Assembly: GCF_009914755.1 (NCBI RefSeq)
Contig: NC_060928.1
Length of the DNA stretch: 64,000 nucleotides
From: the human T2T-CHM13v2.0 reference genome, Homo sapiens
Strand: one strand, 5' to 3'
The notes beneath the pieces were generated by a model. It saw nothing but the letters and a program-made list of their open reading frames with translations, searched no databases and had not been told where the DNA came from. A program made the position numbers and the translations under genes. This document shows positions 14,304-29,135 of this stretch, one piece after another; the first letter of the stretch is position 1, and every line of letters starts with the position of its first letter.

Positions 14304-14528
14304 ACACTACACTGTAGTCTATAAAATGTACAATAGCATTATGCCTAAAAAAATTGTATATACTTTCATTTAAAAATATTGTTAAAAAACAACTGATGAT
14401 CACCAGAGCCTTCAGCAAAGTGCAGTCTTGTTGCTGGTAGAGGGTCTTGCTTTGATGTTGAAGGCTGCTGACTGATCAGGGTAGTGGTTGCTGAAGGAAT
14501 GGGCGGGGTAGCTGTGGAAGTTTCTTAA

Positions 14529-14667
14529 CCCATTTATGCTGGAGGTTGCAAGTTTTTGAATTTTTGCATAGTGAAAAATCAGACCTTGGCGATGACCTTG
14601 AGCGGTAGGATATAAATAACTCCCACATGCTTAGCGTTCCAATAATGGGACACTGGGTATAAGTGGG
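14529..14667 (-). mobile_element. MER85 piggyBac (PGBD3-derived) MITE
   Basis: 139 bp; termini cccatttatgc and gtataagtggg; TTAA at 14525-14528 and 14670-14673; internal gttccaataatgggac near-palindrome. Confidence 0.92.
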
Positions 14668-15355
14668 TTTTAAACATCAGTGAAGTTTGCCACATCAGTT
14701 GACTTTTCCTTTCATGAAAGCTTTTTCTGTAGCATGCAATACTGTTTGATAGCACTTTATCCACAGTAGGACTTCTTTCAGAATTGGAGGCAATCATGTC
14801 AAATCTTGTCACTGCTTTATCAACCATGTTTGTGTAATATTCTTAAATCCTTTGTTATTATTTCAACAGTGTTCTCAGCCTCTTCACCAGGAAGTAGATT
14901 CCATCTCAAGAGACCACTATCTTTGCTCATTCATAAGAAGCAGCTCCTCATTTCACAGCAATTCTGTCAGATCTTCAGGCTCCACTTAATTATAGTTTTT
15001 TGTTTTTTTTTTTTTTTCTGTTTCTACCATGTCTGCAGTTACTTCCTTCACTGAAGTCATGAATTCCTCAGCATCATCTGTGAGGATTGGAATCAGCCTC
15101 TTCCAAACTCTTGTTAATGTTAATATTTTGACTTCCTCCTATGAGTCACAAATGTTTTTAATGGCATCTAGAATGGTGAATCCTTTCCAGAAGATTTTTG
15201 ATTTACTTTGCCCAGATCCATCAGAGAAGTCATTATTTATGGCAGCTATAGTCTTAAGAAATATATTTTTTAAATAATAAGACTTGAAAGTTAAAATTAC
15301 TCCTTGACTCATGGGCTGAAGAATGGATGTTGTGTTAGCAGGCATGGAAACAATC

Positions 15356-15793
15356 TTTTCTTTTCTTTTCTTTTCTTTTCTTTTCTTTTCTCTTTTCTCT
15401 TCTCTTCTCTTCTCTTCTCTTCTCTTCTCTTCTCTTCTCTTCTCTTCTCTTCTCTTCTCTTCTCTTCTTTTTTTCTTTTCTTTTCTTTTGATGTCTTGCT
15501 CTGTTGCCCAGGGCTGGAGTGTGGTGGTGTGATCTTGGCTCACTGCAACCTTGGCCTCCTGGCTCACTGCAACCTTGGCCTCCTGGGTTCAAGTGATTCT
15601 AATGCCCCAGCCTCCCGAGGAGCTGGGACTATAGGCAGGTGCCACCATACCTGGCTAATTTTTTTGTATTTTTAGTAGAGTCGGGGTTTCACCATGTTGC
15701 CCAGGCTGGTCGTGAACTCCTGAGCTTAAGCTATCTGCCCCCCGTGGATTCCCAAAATGCTAGGATTATAGGCAAGAGCCGCCACACCCAGCC
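15356..15793 (-). mobile_element. AluJ-like element with tail expanded to (TTTTC)n(TTCTC)n
   Basis: Alu consensus, about 135-nt pyrimidine tail, 24-bp internal tandem duplication. Confidence 0.93.
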
Positions 15794-17589
15794 ATCAGTA
15801 TTAATTTTTTTGTACATTTCCGTCAGAGCTCATGGGTGACTAGGTACGTTGTCAATGAGCAGTAATATTTTGAAAGGAATCTTTTTTTCTGAGCAGTAGA
15901 TTTCAACAGTGGGCTTAAAATATTCAGTAAACCATGCTGGAAACAGATGTAATGTCATTCAGGCTTTGTTGTTTTATTTATAGAGCACAAACAGAGTAGG
16001 TTTAGCATAGTTCTTAAGGGCTTAGCAGTTTTGGAATGGCAAGGTAAGCATTGGTTTCAACTTAAAGTCACCAGTAGCATTTGCCCTTAACAAGAGAGTT
16101 AACCTGTCCTTTGAAATTTTGAATACAGCATCGACTTCTTCTCTTTAGCTCTAAAAATCCTAGATGGCATCTTCCTCCAATAGAAGGCTGTTTTGTCTAT
16201 GTTGAAAATCTGTTGTTTAGTGCAGCCACCTTCATCAGTTGTCTTAGTTAAATCTTCTGAATAACTTGCTGCATTTCCTGCTTTACTTTGTACTTAATAT
16301 GTGCTGGAAATGGCTTCTTTCCTTAAACCTCATGAACCAACCTCTGCTAGCTTCAAACTATTCTACTGCAGCTTTCCTCACTTCTTCAGCCTTCATAGAA
16401 TTGAAGGCAGTTGGGGCTTTGCTCTGGATTAAAGCTTTGGCTTTAGGGAATGTAGTGGTTGGCTTGATCTGTCTAGACCGTTAAAACTTTCTCCATGTCA
16501 GCAATAAGGCTGTTTTGCTTTTTTACCATTTGTGTGTCCATGGGAGTAGCACTTTTAACTTCCTTCAAGAATTTTTCCTTTGCATTCAAAATTTGGCTGA
16601 CTGGTGTAATAAAAGGCTTAGATGTCGCGCTTCTTTGGCATTCCATGTGCCTTTCTCATTAAGCTTAACTATTTCTAGCTTTTGATTAAAACGATAATTG
16701 TGGGACTCTTCAGTATTGTTGTGTTTTATGACAGAGGGAACCCCAAGGAGAGGGGGAGCCTGAGGAACGGCTAGCCGGTGGAACAGTTAGAACACATATA
16801 ACATTTATTAAGTTCACTGTGTTATATGGACACAGTTTGTGTTGCCATGAAACAATTAGAAAATAACATCAACCATCACTGATCACAGATTATCATAACT
16901 GTTGTTATAATAATGGCAAAGTTTGAAATAGTATGAGAATTACCAAAATATGACAGAGACACAAACTGAGCACATGCTATTGGAAAAATGGTGCCTATAA
17001 ACTTGCTCCATGCAGGATTGCCACAAACCTTTAATTTGTGTAAAATGCAGTATCTGCAGAGCATAATAAAGCAAAGTACCACTTTTTAAAAATGTAGCAC
17101 AATAAAATGAGGTACACCTTTGCTATTCTCCTTATCCAAAAAAATCCTACTGTCTGAATTCTGTGTTTACTGTTCCTGTGCATTCACTGTTTGTGTTTTT
17201 ATTCACAAACAACAATTAGTTTTGTTTTTCACTTTTAATATCATGCTCTAATGTTGTTTTTCTGTGACCTCTGTAATTAATGGCAAGGCATCTTTCAACA
17301 AGGGAAAACTTATTTTTAAGTATTAAGAAAAGTGAAAAATATTTTAATAGGCCAGTAAAAACTTCAGTGACTCTAACTTAACTAGCCTAAGTAGTTAAAA
17401 AAATGTAGAATAAAAATTTCCTCCTTTTCTAGGGTTACATATGCTCAGTGCTCTGGATGGCTTCTTATTCTTGTTCTTCTTCCTTGTCCTCCCATTTCTC
17501 CCCTCCTCTTCATCCTCTTTTCTCTTTCTCCATGGTTTTTTGAGTGCTTACACACAAGCACAGACACAGGTGCATATATATATTTGAAG

Positions 17590-17950
17590 ATTGTTTTGTT
17601 GAGGTGAAATTCACATAATTATAGCATCTTTATTTTTTATGGCTGAATAATATCCCATTATATGTCTGTAACACAATTTATTTATCATTCATCTGTTGAT
17701 GCAGTTTAAAAAATTATTTGATGAGCATTTGGGCTGTTTCTGTCTTTTGGGTATTATAATTAATACTGGCATGAATATGTGCATGCATCTATTTGCTTGA
17801 GTACCTGGTTTCAGTTGTTTTGGTTATATATCTAGGAGTGGAATTGCTGGGTTATATGTACTTTTATGTTGCCTATTTTCTGTAGCAGCTGAACCATTTT
17901 ATGTTCTAAGGAAAGTATTTTTCCGCATTCTTGCCAACACTTGTTATTAA
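17590..17950 (-). mobile_element. L1M (L1MB-like) 3' fragment
   Basis: atggctgaataatat, ctaggagtggaattgctgggttatatg motifs. Confidence 0.75.
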
Positions 17951-19144
17951 TGTCAGTCGTACTTATCCACCTGCTAAGAGGGGGATTTCTTATTTTGTAT
18001 CAACGTCTTTACTAACACACATATTACAATCCCTTTTGTTAGCAAATAACTGCATTTGCACAATCTGACTTTTTAAAATTCTGCTTTTATTTTCTGTATT
18101 CCTTAGCTAGATTAGAGATGATTAGACTTTGGCATTTACTTTTGTACAGTTAAGGCTGTTAGCTAGAAGGGTGAAAAGATTTACCTCAAGATGATGGAGA
18201 AGCTTAGACTAAGTTCTCTAACTAACTTGAGTCAAGATATTATAGTCTTGTACTTTTGTACAAGACTTCTTTCTTCCTTTCAATAGAATTTGTATGATTT
18301 TGAGAGATATGATGTATAAGGAGCAGCACACTCAAATCTTGTGCTTTTGAACATTTTTTAGGGAGATTAGTTCTTTAGAATGGTGGTCTGTCAACTTTTT
18401 TGATGATTCATCCCCATTATATATATTTACTTATAAATAATTCCCATGTTCAGTGGCCCTTAGCCCTTATTTCAAATTACATTGCATAGTTAAAACTAGG
18501 TTTATTGGTAATGATAGTTTATGTAAATTTATTTTAAATAATATTTTTAATAGTTGTTTTTAAATTTCCCAGTAGAACAGAGTAGGTTATTATTCTTAAC
18601 CTCATTGTACGCTGATGACTATTTTGTAAAAGACACAAAAGTTTCAGATGTTTCATTTTCTTATTTCCTTATATTTGTATTAGCATTATCTTTATGGTTT
18701 CTTTTTAGAAATCTTTTTAGCCACTTGTTCATTTTTTTAGGTTATTTAGTTAGAAGTGCATGTGTCTATAAATTCATGTAATAGCTACACGTAAATTGCA
18801 ATATGTTGCAGGCAAAATAAATGAGAATATAATTGTTAATAAATATTGGAGCTTAGTTATTTTATTTTTTAGATAAAAACAAATGTAATAAAAGTTCTAA
18901 TATTTTATTCTCAAGTTCTTTGTACACTTTTGGGAGCTATTCCTTTTGCGTGAACCATTTTCACAGTTCAATTTAAAAATAATTTTCATATTTGCTGTTA
19001 GAAAATTACAGTCGCATGCAGGTAAACTTTTTATTGAAACCATAGAAGCCTTTGCTTGCTTGAAATATGTTAGATTCTGTACTCATGCCTAATTCTTACC
19101 TTTTGAAATTCTTTACATTAATTTAGGCTTCAAACCATTACTAA

Positions 19145-19330
<186 letters not shown>

Positions 19331-19879
19331 TAATAAAAAGTTTCTCCTTAAATGGGTTACTAGGTATCTTTGTTATTTCCAGGGTAGCTGCTAACTAATT
19401 CTAGTCACTTATTGTAATCTTACCTTTCATTATCTAATTAGGAATATTGTTAAAACATTATTTAAAACCTAGTCATAGTTACTGCAGTTATGATATGAGC
19501 ATGTAAACGCAGAATGAGAAAAGTGATATTGAGTTTAAAATAGGAAATCTAAGCAGGTACAGAGTTACAGTTCTTGCTCTCCATAGAATTCTTCTGTAAT
19601 CCAACCAAGAAGAGGATAATATGTCAATATTAATGTTGTAAGATTTTTCCAGAACTCTACTACGTTATTGTAAACATTAAATTTAACAAATTTGGAGGAT
19701 GCATTTTGATCTATAGACTTTATAAACCTGTTTTATGTAGTCTCTTGGTGGTGTTTGTAAACATTAGATATAGAAAATCACATTTTATTTGGACCTAATG
19801 TGATGTTTTAAAATAAATATTTACTTGTATAGCATACCTTAATCATCATCATCATCATAAAAAAATTCCTGACATTTAA

Positions 19880-20177
<298 letters not shown>

Positions 20178-20960
20178 TTAAAAATTTTAATGTGTGGAAA
20201 GGTGGAGGCAAATATTCTATTTCCTACAAACTTGCAAGCCATATTTGGCACTTGTGGTTCTAGGGAGCCCTGGTTTACATTTACATTCTCTTCAGAAAGT
20301 AATGATTGTTAATTACTATCCCAGAAACTCTTACAGTTTCCTGAAGGTTGCGGAAAAAGAGGGGGATGATGGTGATGTTGGAGAAAATATGATCTTGTTT
20401 ACTGCAGTATTTTAAGGAGGAAAGGATGGGGAAAATGAAGTGAATCAATGTGACAATACCTACCGTGATGTATTTGTAACTTATTTCCATACACAATATT
20501 TAACAACCAGATGTTTCTTGATTTTTCTTTATATCTTATCTTCTCTACTATAAAGTACTGTACTGTGATCTCTTTTAGGAGAAGATGCTGATTTTTTTCT
20601 ACCCCATTTTCCTGAATTCTAGCATTTATAGTGCTAATTCTTAGAGTTTACTTGTAGCCCTTGACTACTTGTAACTTTTAAAAGATACTTGAATCAAGCA
20701 TAATCATAACCTTGGATTAATTTAATTGTCACTTAGAAGACATCTTAAAAGGGGAATCAAATGACCTTCAAGTTTTAGGGGCAAATTTTATTTTAAAGTA
20801 GAAGAATGATCATATCTGTTTTTTGAGGAATGCATTGTTTTGTTTTAAAAATTTTTTAGAAATAGTTATCCGGTATTCAAATCATCAAGCTCTGTGGTAT
20901 ATGAAATTTAAAATTTTTATCAAAGTAATTTGTATATATGGTTTAAAAAGTCAAATAGTT

Positions 20961-21292
<332 letters not shown>

Positions 21293-21752
21293 TCAGTACC
21301 CTCCTGCCTCATCCCTCTTCTCAGAGGTAGTCCCTTTAAAATATTTGAGATGTTTCTTATATTTACTTCCATATTTCCACACTGCATTATATAAAAGAGA
21401 ATCAGTAATTTTAGTGATTTCTTAAGGGTACAAAAGAGAAAGGACTTAGAAAATCAAGGGAAGTATATAATTCTGTGCATGAAGAGGCTCTTGAAAGAAA
21501 GTTTTCTAGTGCTACTTTTGATGTTTTAGATATTGTCTCTAAGAAAAGATAGGAATTTTACTTCTAGTATAGATATTCTCAGGTTTTGGACCAAATCAGT
21601 GTTTATTTTCCCATTTAATGGTGTCTGTAGTTGTATTTTCTTATCCTTTTTTTTTCCTGGAATTAGTAATTACCTCGGTTTTCATTTGCCTAATTTTCTT
21701 CATGTATATTAATATTTTAGTCCCGCATTTTCCAATAGAAGTAAAAATAATT

Positions 21753-22141
<389 letters not shown>

Positions 22142-22809
22142 TCATCCTGCTTAATTTTGAACAGCAGTTAGCTGTCCTTCTGGAAATTACCTTTGCCTCC
22201 CTTCTGTCTTGGATTCCCTGCTACTTATGCCACACCTTTGTTTTCACTCACTAATTTGGAAGACTTTGTTTTTCAGTAGCTTTCTGACTGGATTTTTTGG
22301 AGAAGGATTTTTGAAACCTTGCATATATAAACATATTTTTATTCAGTGCCCACATTGATTGTTACTTTGGCTAGCTAAAACATTATAGGTTGGAAATAAT
22401 TTTGATCCAGAATTTTGAGGACATCATTCCACTTTTTTCTTAGTGTTGTTGACAAATTGATGTTATTGTGATTGCTTAATTTTTCTATGTGACATCTTTT
22501 CTCCATGGACACTTTTAGTTTGAATCTTTCCTTTATCTACAACGTATTGAAATTTCAAGATATACGTGCCTTACTGTGTGTCATTTTTGGTATGCTTTTT
22601 GTGGCGTTTTTGTCTTCTATTTTCTGTTCTCTTACTGGACTTCTCATTTTCTTTCAAATGTTCTGAGCTTTCTAGATTGATAATCCTCTGATTTTCTTTT
22701 CTTATTTTCCTTTTCTTTATTCTTTTATTGTTGGAAGCCTTCCTCTATCTTTTAGCTCTTCTATAGAATTTTGTATTTCTATTATATTATTTTTAATTTC
22801 CAAGGACTC

Positions 22810-23112
22810 TTTTCTTTTTTTTTTGAGACGTAGTCTTGCTCTGTCACCTAAGCTAAAGGGTGCATAGTGCCATCTCAGCTTACTGCAACCTCTGCCTTGT
22901 GGGTTCAAGTAATTCTCATTCATGCCTTAGCCTCTTGAGTAGCTGGGATTACAGGTGTGCACCACCACATCTGACTAATTTTTGTAATTTTAGTAGAGAT
23001 GGGGTTTTGCCATGTTGGCCAGGCTGGTCTTGAGCTCCTGACTTCAAGTGATCCACCTGCCTCGGCCTCCTAGAATGCTGGTATTATAGGTGTGAGCTAC
23101 CACTCCCAGCTT
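22810..23112 (-). mobile_element. AluS within an L1M remnant
   Basis: antisense Alu consensus; TSD gactcttt. Confidence 0.92.
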
Positions 23113-23280
23113 GACTCTTTCGTGTTCTCTCAGTGTTCTTTGCTAAAGTACACCTTGTTACCATGCAGAGATACTGGGGGGAAAAATACACCTAGTTCTT
23201 GTTTTAGCTGCAAATCTTTTGTTGTCTGTGGATATTAATTTCAGTGTATCCATTTTTCTTTCTTTCCACCCCTGACCCTT

Positions 23281-23557
23281 CTTTCTTTGTTTTTGAGACA
23301 AGGTCTCACTCTGTCATCCACACTGGAGTCCAAAGTCAAACTTCAGGACTCAAGTGATCCTTCTGCCTCAGCCTCTTGAGTAGCTGGGATTAGAGGTGCA
23401 CATGGCCATGCCTAGCCAATTTCTTAATTTTTAATTTTTTGTAGAAACAGGGTCTCACTTTGTAGCCCAGGGTGGTCTGGAACTCCTGGCCTCAAGCAGT
23501 CCTCCCACCTCAGCCTCCCAAAGTGTTGCGATTAAGGGCAGAACCAGTGTGGCCAGC
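23281..23557 (-). mobile_element. AluJ
   Basis: gagacaaggtctcactctg...gaactcctggcctcaagcagtcctcccacc. Confidence 0.88.
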
Positions 23558-23591
23558 TAATGTTAGTTTTAAATTTTTTTCTTTTCCTTGC

Positions 23592-23953
23592 TGTATTAGT
23601 CCATTTTCACGCTGCTGATAAAGACGTACTCGAGACAGGGCAATTTACAAAAGAAAGAGGTTTAATTGGACTTACAGTTCCATGTGGCTGGGGAAGCCTC
23701 ACAATCATGGTGGAAGGCAAGGAGGAGCAAGTCACATCTTATGTGGATGGCAGCAGACAGAGAGGGTTTGTGCAGGGTAATGTCCCTTTTACATCCCTTT
23801 TTAAAACCATCGGATGTCGTGAGACTTATTCACCATCACGAGAACAGCACAGGAAAGACTTGCCCCCATGTTTCAGCTACCTCCCGATGGGTCCGTCTCA
23901 CAACATGTGGGATTTCGCGATGAGCTTTGGGTGGGGACACGGACAAACCATGC
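23592..23953 (-). mobile_element. THE1B-like solo LTR
   Basis: tgtattagtccattttcacgctgctgataaagac...gggtggggacac. Confidence 0.9.
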
Positions 23954-24669
23954 TTTCTCTTTTTTTGTTCAAAGTTTTCTTCGGATGTTTTACCTGTTAA
24001 GGTTACTACATGTATTACAGATCAGTTGCACCCTCTAAGTGGGCAATTATTTCTTTATAGAAGAAATCCAGAAGGCCTGAATGGAGTATGCTCAATTTTC
24101 TCAATGGAGTATGCATGATATCTTTTCTCAGATGAATCAATTAGATAAGTTCCTTTTTCTTCCATGGTGGGGGAGAGATTTGGAAGGGCAGAGAATAGAG
24201 GACTAAATACTCTCCACTTACTTCCTCTGTAACAGCTACTGCATTACATAAAATTGTGTAACAATTAAGGTATTTTAGTAAGGGAACCTATATAATGTAT
24301 ACAGTTCAGGGACATTGGCTTTTATTATGTAGGGATAAAACTGTACAGAGAGTAAAACAATATGTTATATAGCTCATATCCCCTTACGTGGTTTTAGGTA
24401 TTCAATGTTTACCATCATCTTCTGTCAAGTGTAATCATCTTTTGTCTTGGTAAATTCGTGGTTTGGTACTGCTTTATTTGCTAATATTTTGATACATAGA
24501 TTTAAAGAGAAATTATGTACTTTAGGTCTCAGACTTCCAGAAATCAGTATTGGTATTTTGAGCACATTTATATTATTGTATGAATAATTTGTGAGTAAAT
24601 TATGAAAATTTATTAATTTTTAATGTATGTTTTTAGGAAGTATTCTACATATGTTTCCATGGATTATGT

Positions 24670-25165
24670 ATCTGTTAGTATTTGCTTAATTAAAAAAAAT
24701 TCCAAAACTCAATAGCATAAAATAACTTTCGTTTATTATCACCTGTGTATCCATGGGCCAGCTGCTTTCAACTTAGCTTGGTTGGGTGGCACTGCAGATT
24801 TTGGCAGGGCTTTCTCACATGGCAGTGGTTAGCTGGGATTAGTTGGAGTAGCTCTGCTTCACGTGTCCGTCATCCTCTTTCTGTCACTAGCAAGCTGTCC
24901 TGTGGATGGTTTTCTCATGTGGATGATAGAAACATAAGAAGGCATGTAGAAGCATATGAGGCCTCTTAAGGCCTAGTCTTGGGACTAGGACACTGACGCT
25001 TTTACCTGTTTCTGTTGGCCAAAGAAAATCACATGACTGAGCCCAAATCAAAGAGCAGGAAATTTATCTGCCTCATTTATTGGGACAGACTGCAGAGTTA
25101 CATGACAAAGTGCATGTAAAAAGTGAAGTTTGAAAATTTAGGGCCAATAATGCAATCTACTACAG
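24670..25165 (-). mobile_element. Old MLT1 LTR
   Basis: tctgttggccaaag...atcacatgactgagcccaaatcaa and gcaatctactaca motifs; boundaries approximate. Confidence 0.65.
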
Positions 25166-25185
25166 ATAAAATTGAAAAATCTTGT

Positions 25186-25637
25186 TGTATTAGTCAGGGT
25201 TTTCTAGAGGGACAGAACTAATAGGATAGATATACATATAAAGGGGAGCTTTATATGTATATAAAGTATTACCTCATGAAATCACAAGGTCTCACAATAT
25301 GCCATCTGTAAGCTGAGGAGCAAGGAAGCCAGTCCGACTGCAAAAACTGAAGCAGTTGGAGAGATGTTCAAGGGCAGGAAGCATCCAGCATGGGAGAAAG
25401 ATGTAAGCTGGGAGGCTAAGCCAGTCTAGTCTTTTCCTGTTCTTCTGCCTGCTTTTTATTCTGGCTGTGCTGGCAGCTGATTAGATTGTGCCCACCCAGA
25501 TTAAGGGTGGGTCTGCCTTTCCCGGCCCGCTGACTCAAATGTTAATCTCCTTTGGGAACACCCTCAAAGACACACCCAGAATCAGTACTTTGCATCCTTC
25601 AGTCCAATCAAGTTGACACTCAGTATTAACCATCACA
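25186..25637 (-). mobile_element. MLT2A (ERVL) solo LTR
   Basis: tgtattagtcagggtt.tctagagggacagaactaatagg...cagtattaaccatcaca; TSD cttgt/gttgt. Confidence 0.92.
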
Positions 25638-25886
25638 GTTGTAAAAATAAAAAAGTCATATTATCAAAAATTTAAATGGAGTAATAGGTTGTATTTTTGG
25701 TTTTTTTTTAACTAAGTGGTAATATGTGTACTCAGATAGGTTGTTGAACACCTTTTTTAAGAGATTAGAAAAATGTTGCTTTTTAATGTTAGTGATGAAA
25801 TTTGGCAGAGTGTAAAAAGCTTTTGTTTTGGGTTAATGATACCTCTTTGGAAAATATGGAAAGAGTTGAGAGTTGTAGGCATCTCA

Positions 25887-26172
25887 TTTTATTTTATTTT
25901 ATTTTTATTTATTTATTTTTTTGCAGTTGCAAGATTTAATAGAGTGAAAACAGAGCTCCCATACAAAGGGAGGGACCCAAAGAGGGTAGCCATTGCCGGC
26001 TCAAATGCCTGGGTTTATATCCTGATCATTGTCCCTCCCTCTGTGCTCTCAGGCGATAGATGATTGGCTGTTTCTTTACCTCCTGTTTTTGCCTAATTAG
26101 CATTTTAGTGAGCTCTCTTTACTACCTGATTGGTCAGGTGTGAGCTAAGTTGCAACCGACGTTTAAAGGTGG
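25887..26172 (-). mobile_element. HERV-W LTR17 U3-R fragment with poly(A) tail (L1-processed copy)
   Basis: reverse complement reads ccacctttaaac...gcaacttagctcacacctgaccaatc...ATTAAAtcttgcaactgc then an A-rich tail; flanking repeat gg(c/t)atctcatttta. Confidence 0.9.
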
Positions 26173-27966
26173 GGTATCTCATTTTAAAAAACCTTCAGTA
26201 TATAATGTTTGATTTCCATATCTGACTTTTTACCTTTTTTTTAAATTAGAATACCTTCTTTTAAGCTTTATTTTTCAGAAAACTCTGAGTTTTGAGTAAT
26301 GAAATTTTATTTATTTCATTTGAAATTCAGCCCAAATATAGTTTTTAGTTTTCTCTAGGGACTTGTTTTTTGTGATTGAGGATTTCTACTTCAAAGGTCT
26401 CTGGACAGAAGAAAGGGAATTAAAGTTTGTTTAAAATTTATTCTGCTTATTTTAACATTAAAAGTTTGGAAGAGGTGGATTGAGTTCAAGGTTATGATTT
26501 CTTTAGCTATGATATGATATTTCAAGGATGTGAATGTACACCAAGAAAGCATTTTTTTATTCTGTTTAATTATTCTTAAACTAGAGAAGCCTGGGTTTAA
26601 TTAAAAGACAGGGAGTCTGCCAAATGAGGGAGTGGTGGAAGTTGCTGCATGGTCAGGTGCCCCAGTCTTGTGAGATAATCTGAACAAGTTACACCTGAGT
26701 TTTCTGAAAGTTGGGGATTCATAGGTAAAATTAATGTTCTTTTTGCTTTAAAATTCTATGAGAAAAATATTCTCAGAAAAGACAAGATTGCTTAGACAGT
26801 AATAATAAAAGGAACAAGTTTATATGTACCTTCTCATAGATTGTAAAATAGCATATGTTCATTTATCTAACCTTGTTAAAGGAAAGTTGCAAGTTAATGA
26901 ATGCTTTATGTTTTTTTGAATTCCCAAACTCAATTTTTATTAGACTGATTTCTGTGCGAATCACATATTTACTTGCATTCTTAAAATATGATGATTAACG
27001 TTTTGTTAATAAAGAATCATTATTAGACTATCAATTTCTATACTGTAATATATAACCTTCTCAGGGCTTAATGGTATATGTGTGGCAATTTGATTTTAGT
27101 CAATTATTTTGGTCCATTATCTGTTATCTGGATAGAATTTACCTCTTAGCCCATTTTGACTCTTTTGATTCCCCTAACCCTAGATGAGATTTTTTTGAAA
27201 GTCAGATGAGGAAGTTTCTTTGGCTCTTGAGATAGAATTTAAAGTATGGCTGATCCCTGTCTGCCTTGCCAGTCTCATCTCACCTTATCGTCTCCTCTGC
27301 TTCCTAGAGCATATCAGCTTTCTTTAAGTTGTAAAGAAAGTCATACTGGCTTTCTTTGAGTTATTCAGAGTCATCAATTCTTTTCTAAATTGATGGCATT
27401 TGTACATAGTACTCAGTATCGCTAGTATATTGTTCTCCCAAGTCTCTGCCTGGTTGATTCCTAATTATCCTTCAATCTCAAATATCACTTCCTTAGACCT
27501 GATCTGGTACCCTGTCTTCCTCATCTTCCTTCACAGTTTAAATTTAGGTTTCTCATATAAGTTCTTTCATATTATTATGATATATAATTATTACAATATA
27601 TCTATTTGTGTGATTGCTTCTACCTTTAGACTGTAAATTCTGTGATAACAGAAACCTTATTTTTGTTCACCACTGTTTAGCCCATAAATAGTATGGTGTT
27701 AAATAGCTATTTCTTAAAACCAGTATTATAAGATATACTTTGATCTCAGACGTGTTAAAGAAAAGTGGGCAATAGCATTAATAAGACATTTATCTATTTT
27801 AAGATGATCTTTTGAGATGTAAAATGTGAAAAAATGTGTGTCATTGAATTAATACAGTATGATGTAATAAGCATCCTTACATGAGAATTATGAAAAAGCC
27901 AATTTCCCATTACTTGAAGCCATAAAGACATTTCTTAATTTGCTTGTGATAGACTTTATTTATTAA

Positions 27967-28173
<207 letters not shown>

Positions 28174-28799
28174 TAATAAGTTGGAGTTAAAATGTTCTTG
28201 GAGTATTTTCATCTAAATCAGTATAAAAACTGGCTTTGAGGTTGGTCTCTCTCTCCCCTTCTACATTTCCTGAGGTCATGTAAAGAATGACTGTAGCTTT
28301 GAAATTGTGCTTTACTTGACTTTGAGGATTTCTAGCATGGCTGTGGAGGCAGATTTTGTACCTTCTACCCTGCATCCCTGTTTTCTATAGTAGGCTTCTT
28401 TAAAAGGTTTCATTTGAACATAAATGTGATTTTCATTGACATATGTTAAATGTCTCTCCACACTATTGTCTCTCAGTTCAGCCAGCATTTCTCCTATTAA
28501 CTGTAATCAATATTAAGCATCAAAGTGTTCTCAAGAGATACTGGAGGAGACCATAAGTGGGTCTCTTTTTCTATTTCTTTATAATTTGGTACAGTTTTCT
28601 ATTATTTTCTATAATTTGGTGGTAGTTATCTTGAAGGTCACTTCATCTTCTGTGGATTCTTGACCTCTTATATTGGTACCCACTTGTTACATTGAAAAAA
28701 GTCCCCAAAGAATATTGAATATTCTGGCATTATATTGCTAGAGATATAATTTATAACTGCAGGTGTCCTCTTTCATGCCCAGAAGAACACTGAGATTAC

Positions 28800-29135
28800 A
28801 AAAATCACTCTTCCTGAATTGCTTTATGCCTAGATATTCCTCTGACTACCCTTTCCACTCCTTCAGGTCTGCTCAGGTTCACCTTCTCAGTGAGTCCCAT
28901 CACTATAGCCTAACCTGCTGCACCTTTTATTAGTCCATATTACTTCCTGTGATACTGTATAATTTGCTTATGTACTATGCCTATTATTTATTTCCTGCCC
29001 TCTCCCTCTAGAATGTAAGCTCCATGAGGGCCAGGACTTTTCTTTTTTTTTTCTTCCATTTTTAGTGATGTGTTTAAGCAGTTAAAATAGTGCCTGATAC
29101 ATAGCAGAGTCTTAATAAATATTGAATGATTAAAT
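28800..29135 (-). mobile_element. L2 3' end
   Basis: ctagaatgtaagctccatgagggc...tagtgcctg...aataaatattgaatga. Confidence 0.8.

Larger units (their letters stand above)
12541..17120 (-). mobile_element. Tigger1 DNA transposon with both termini and a decayed transposase, interrupted by three insertions
   Basis: termini taggcataccc and gaggtacacct; minus-strand peptide [25 protein letters not shown]...[17 protein letters not shown] (pogo/CENP-B DDE_1 type). Confidence 0.9.

Noticed and set aside
15139-15675. Long K/R/E-rich and F/S/L-rich ORFs
   Set aside because: Translations of the pentanucleotide Alu tail fused to a dead Tigger1 transposase fragment
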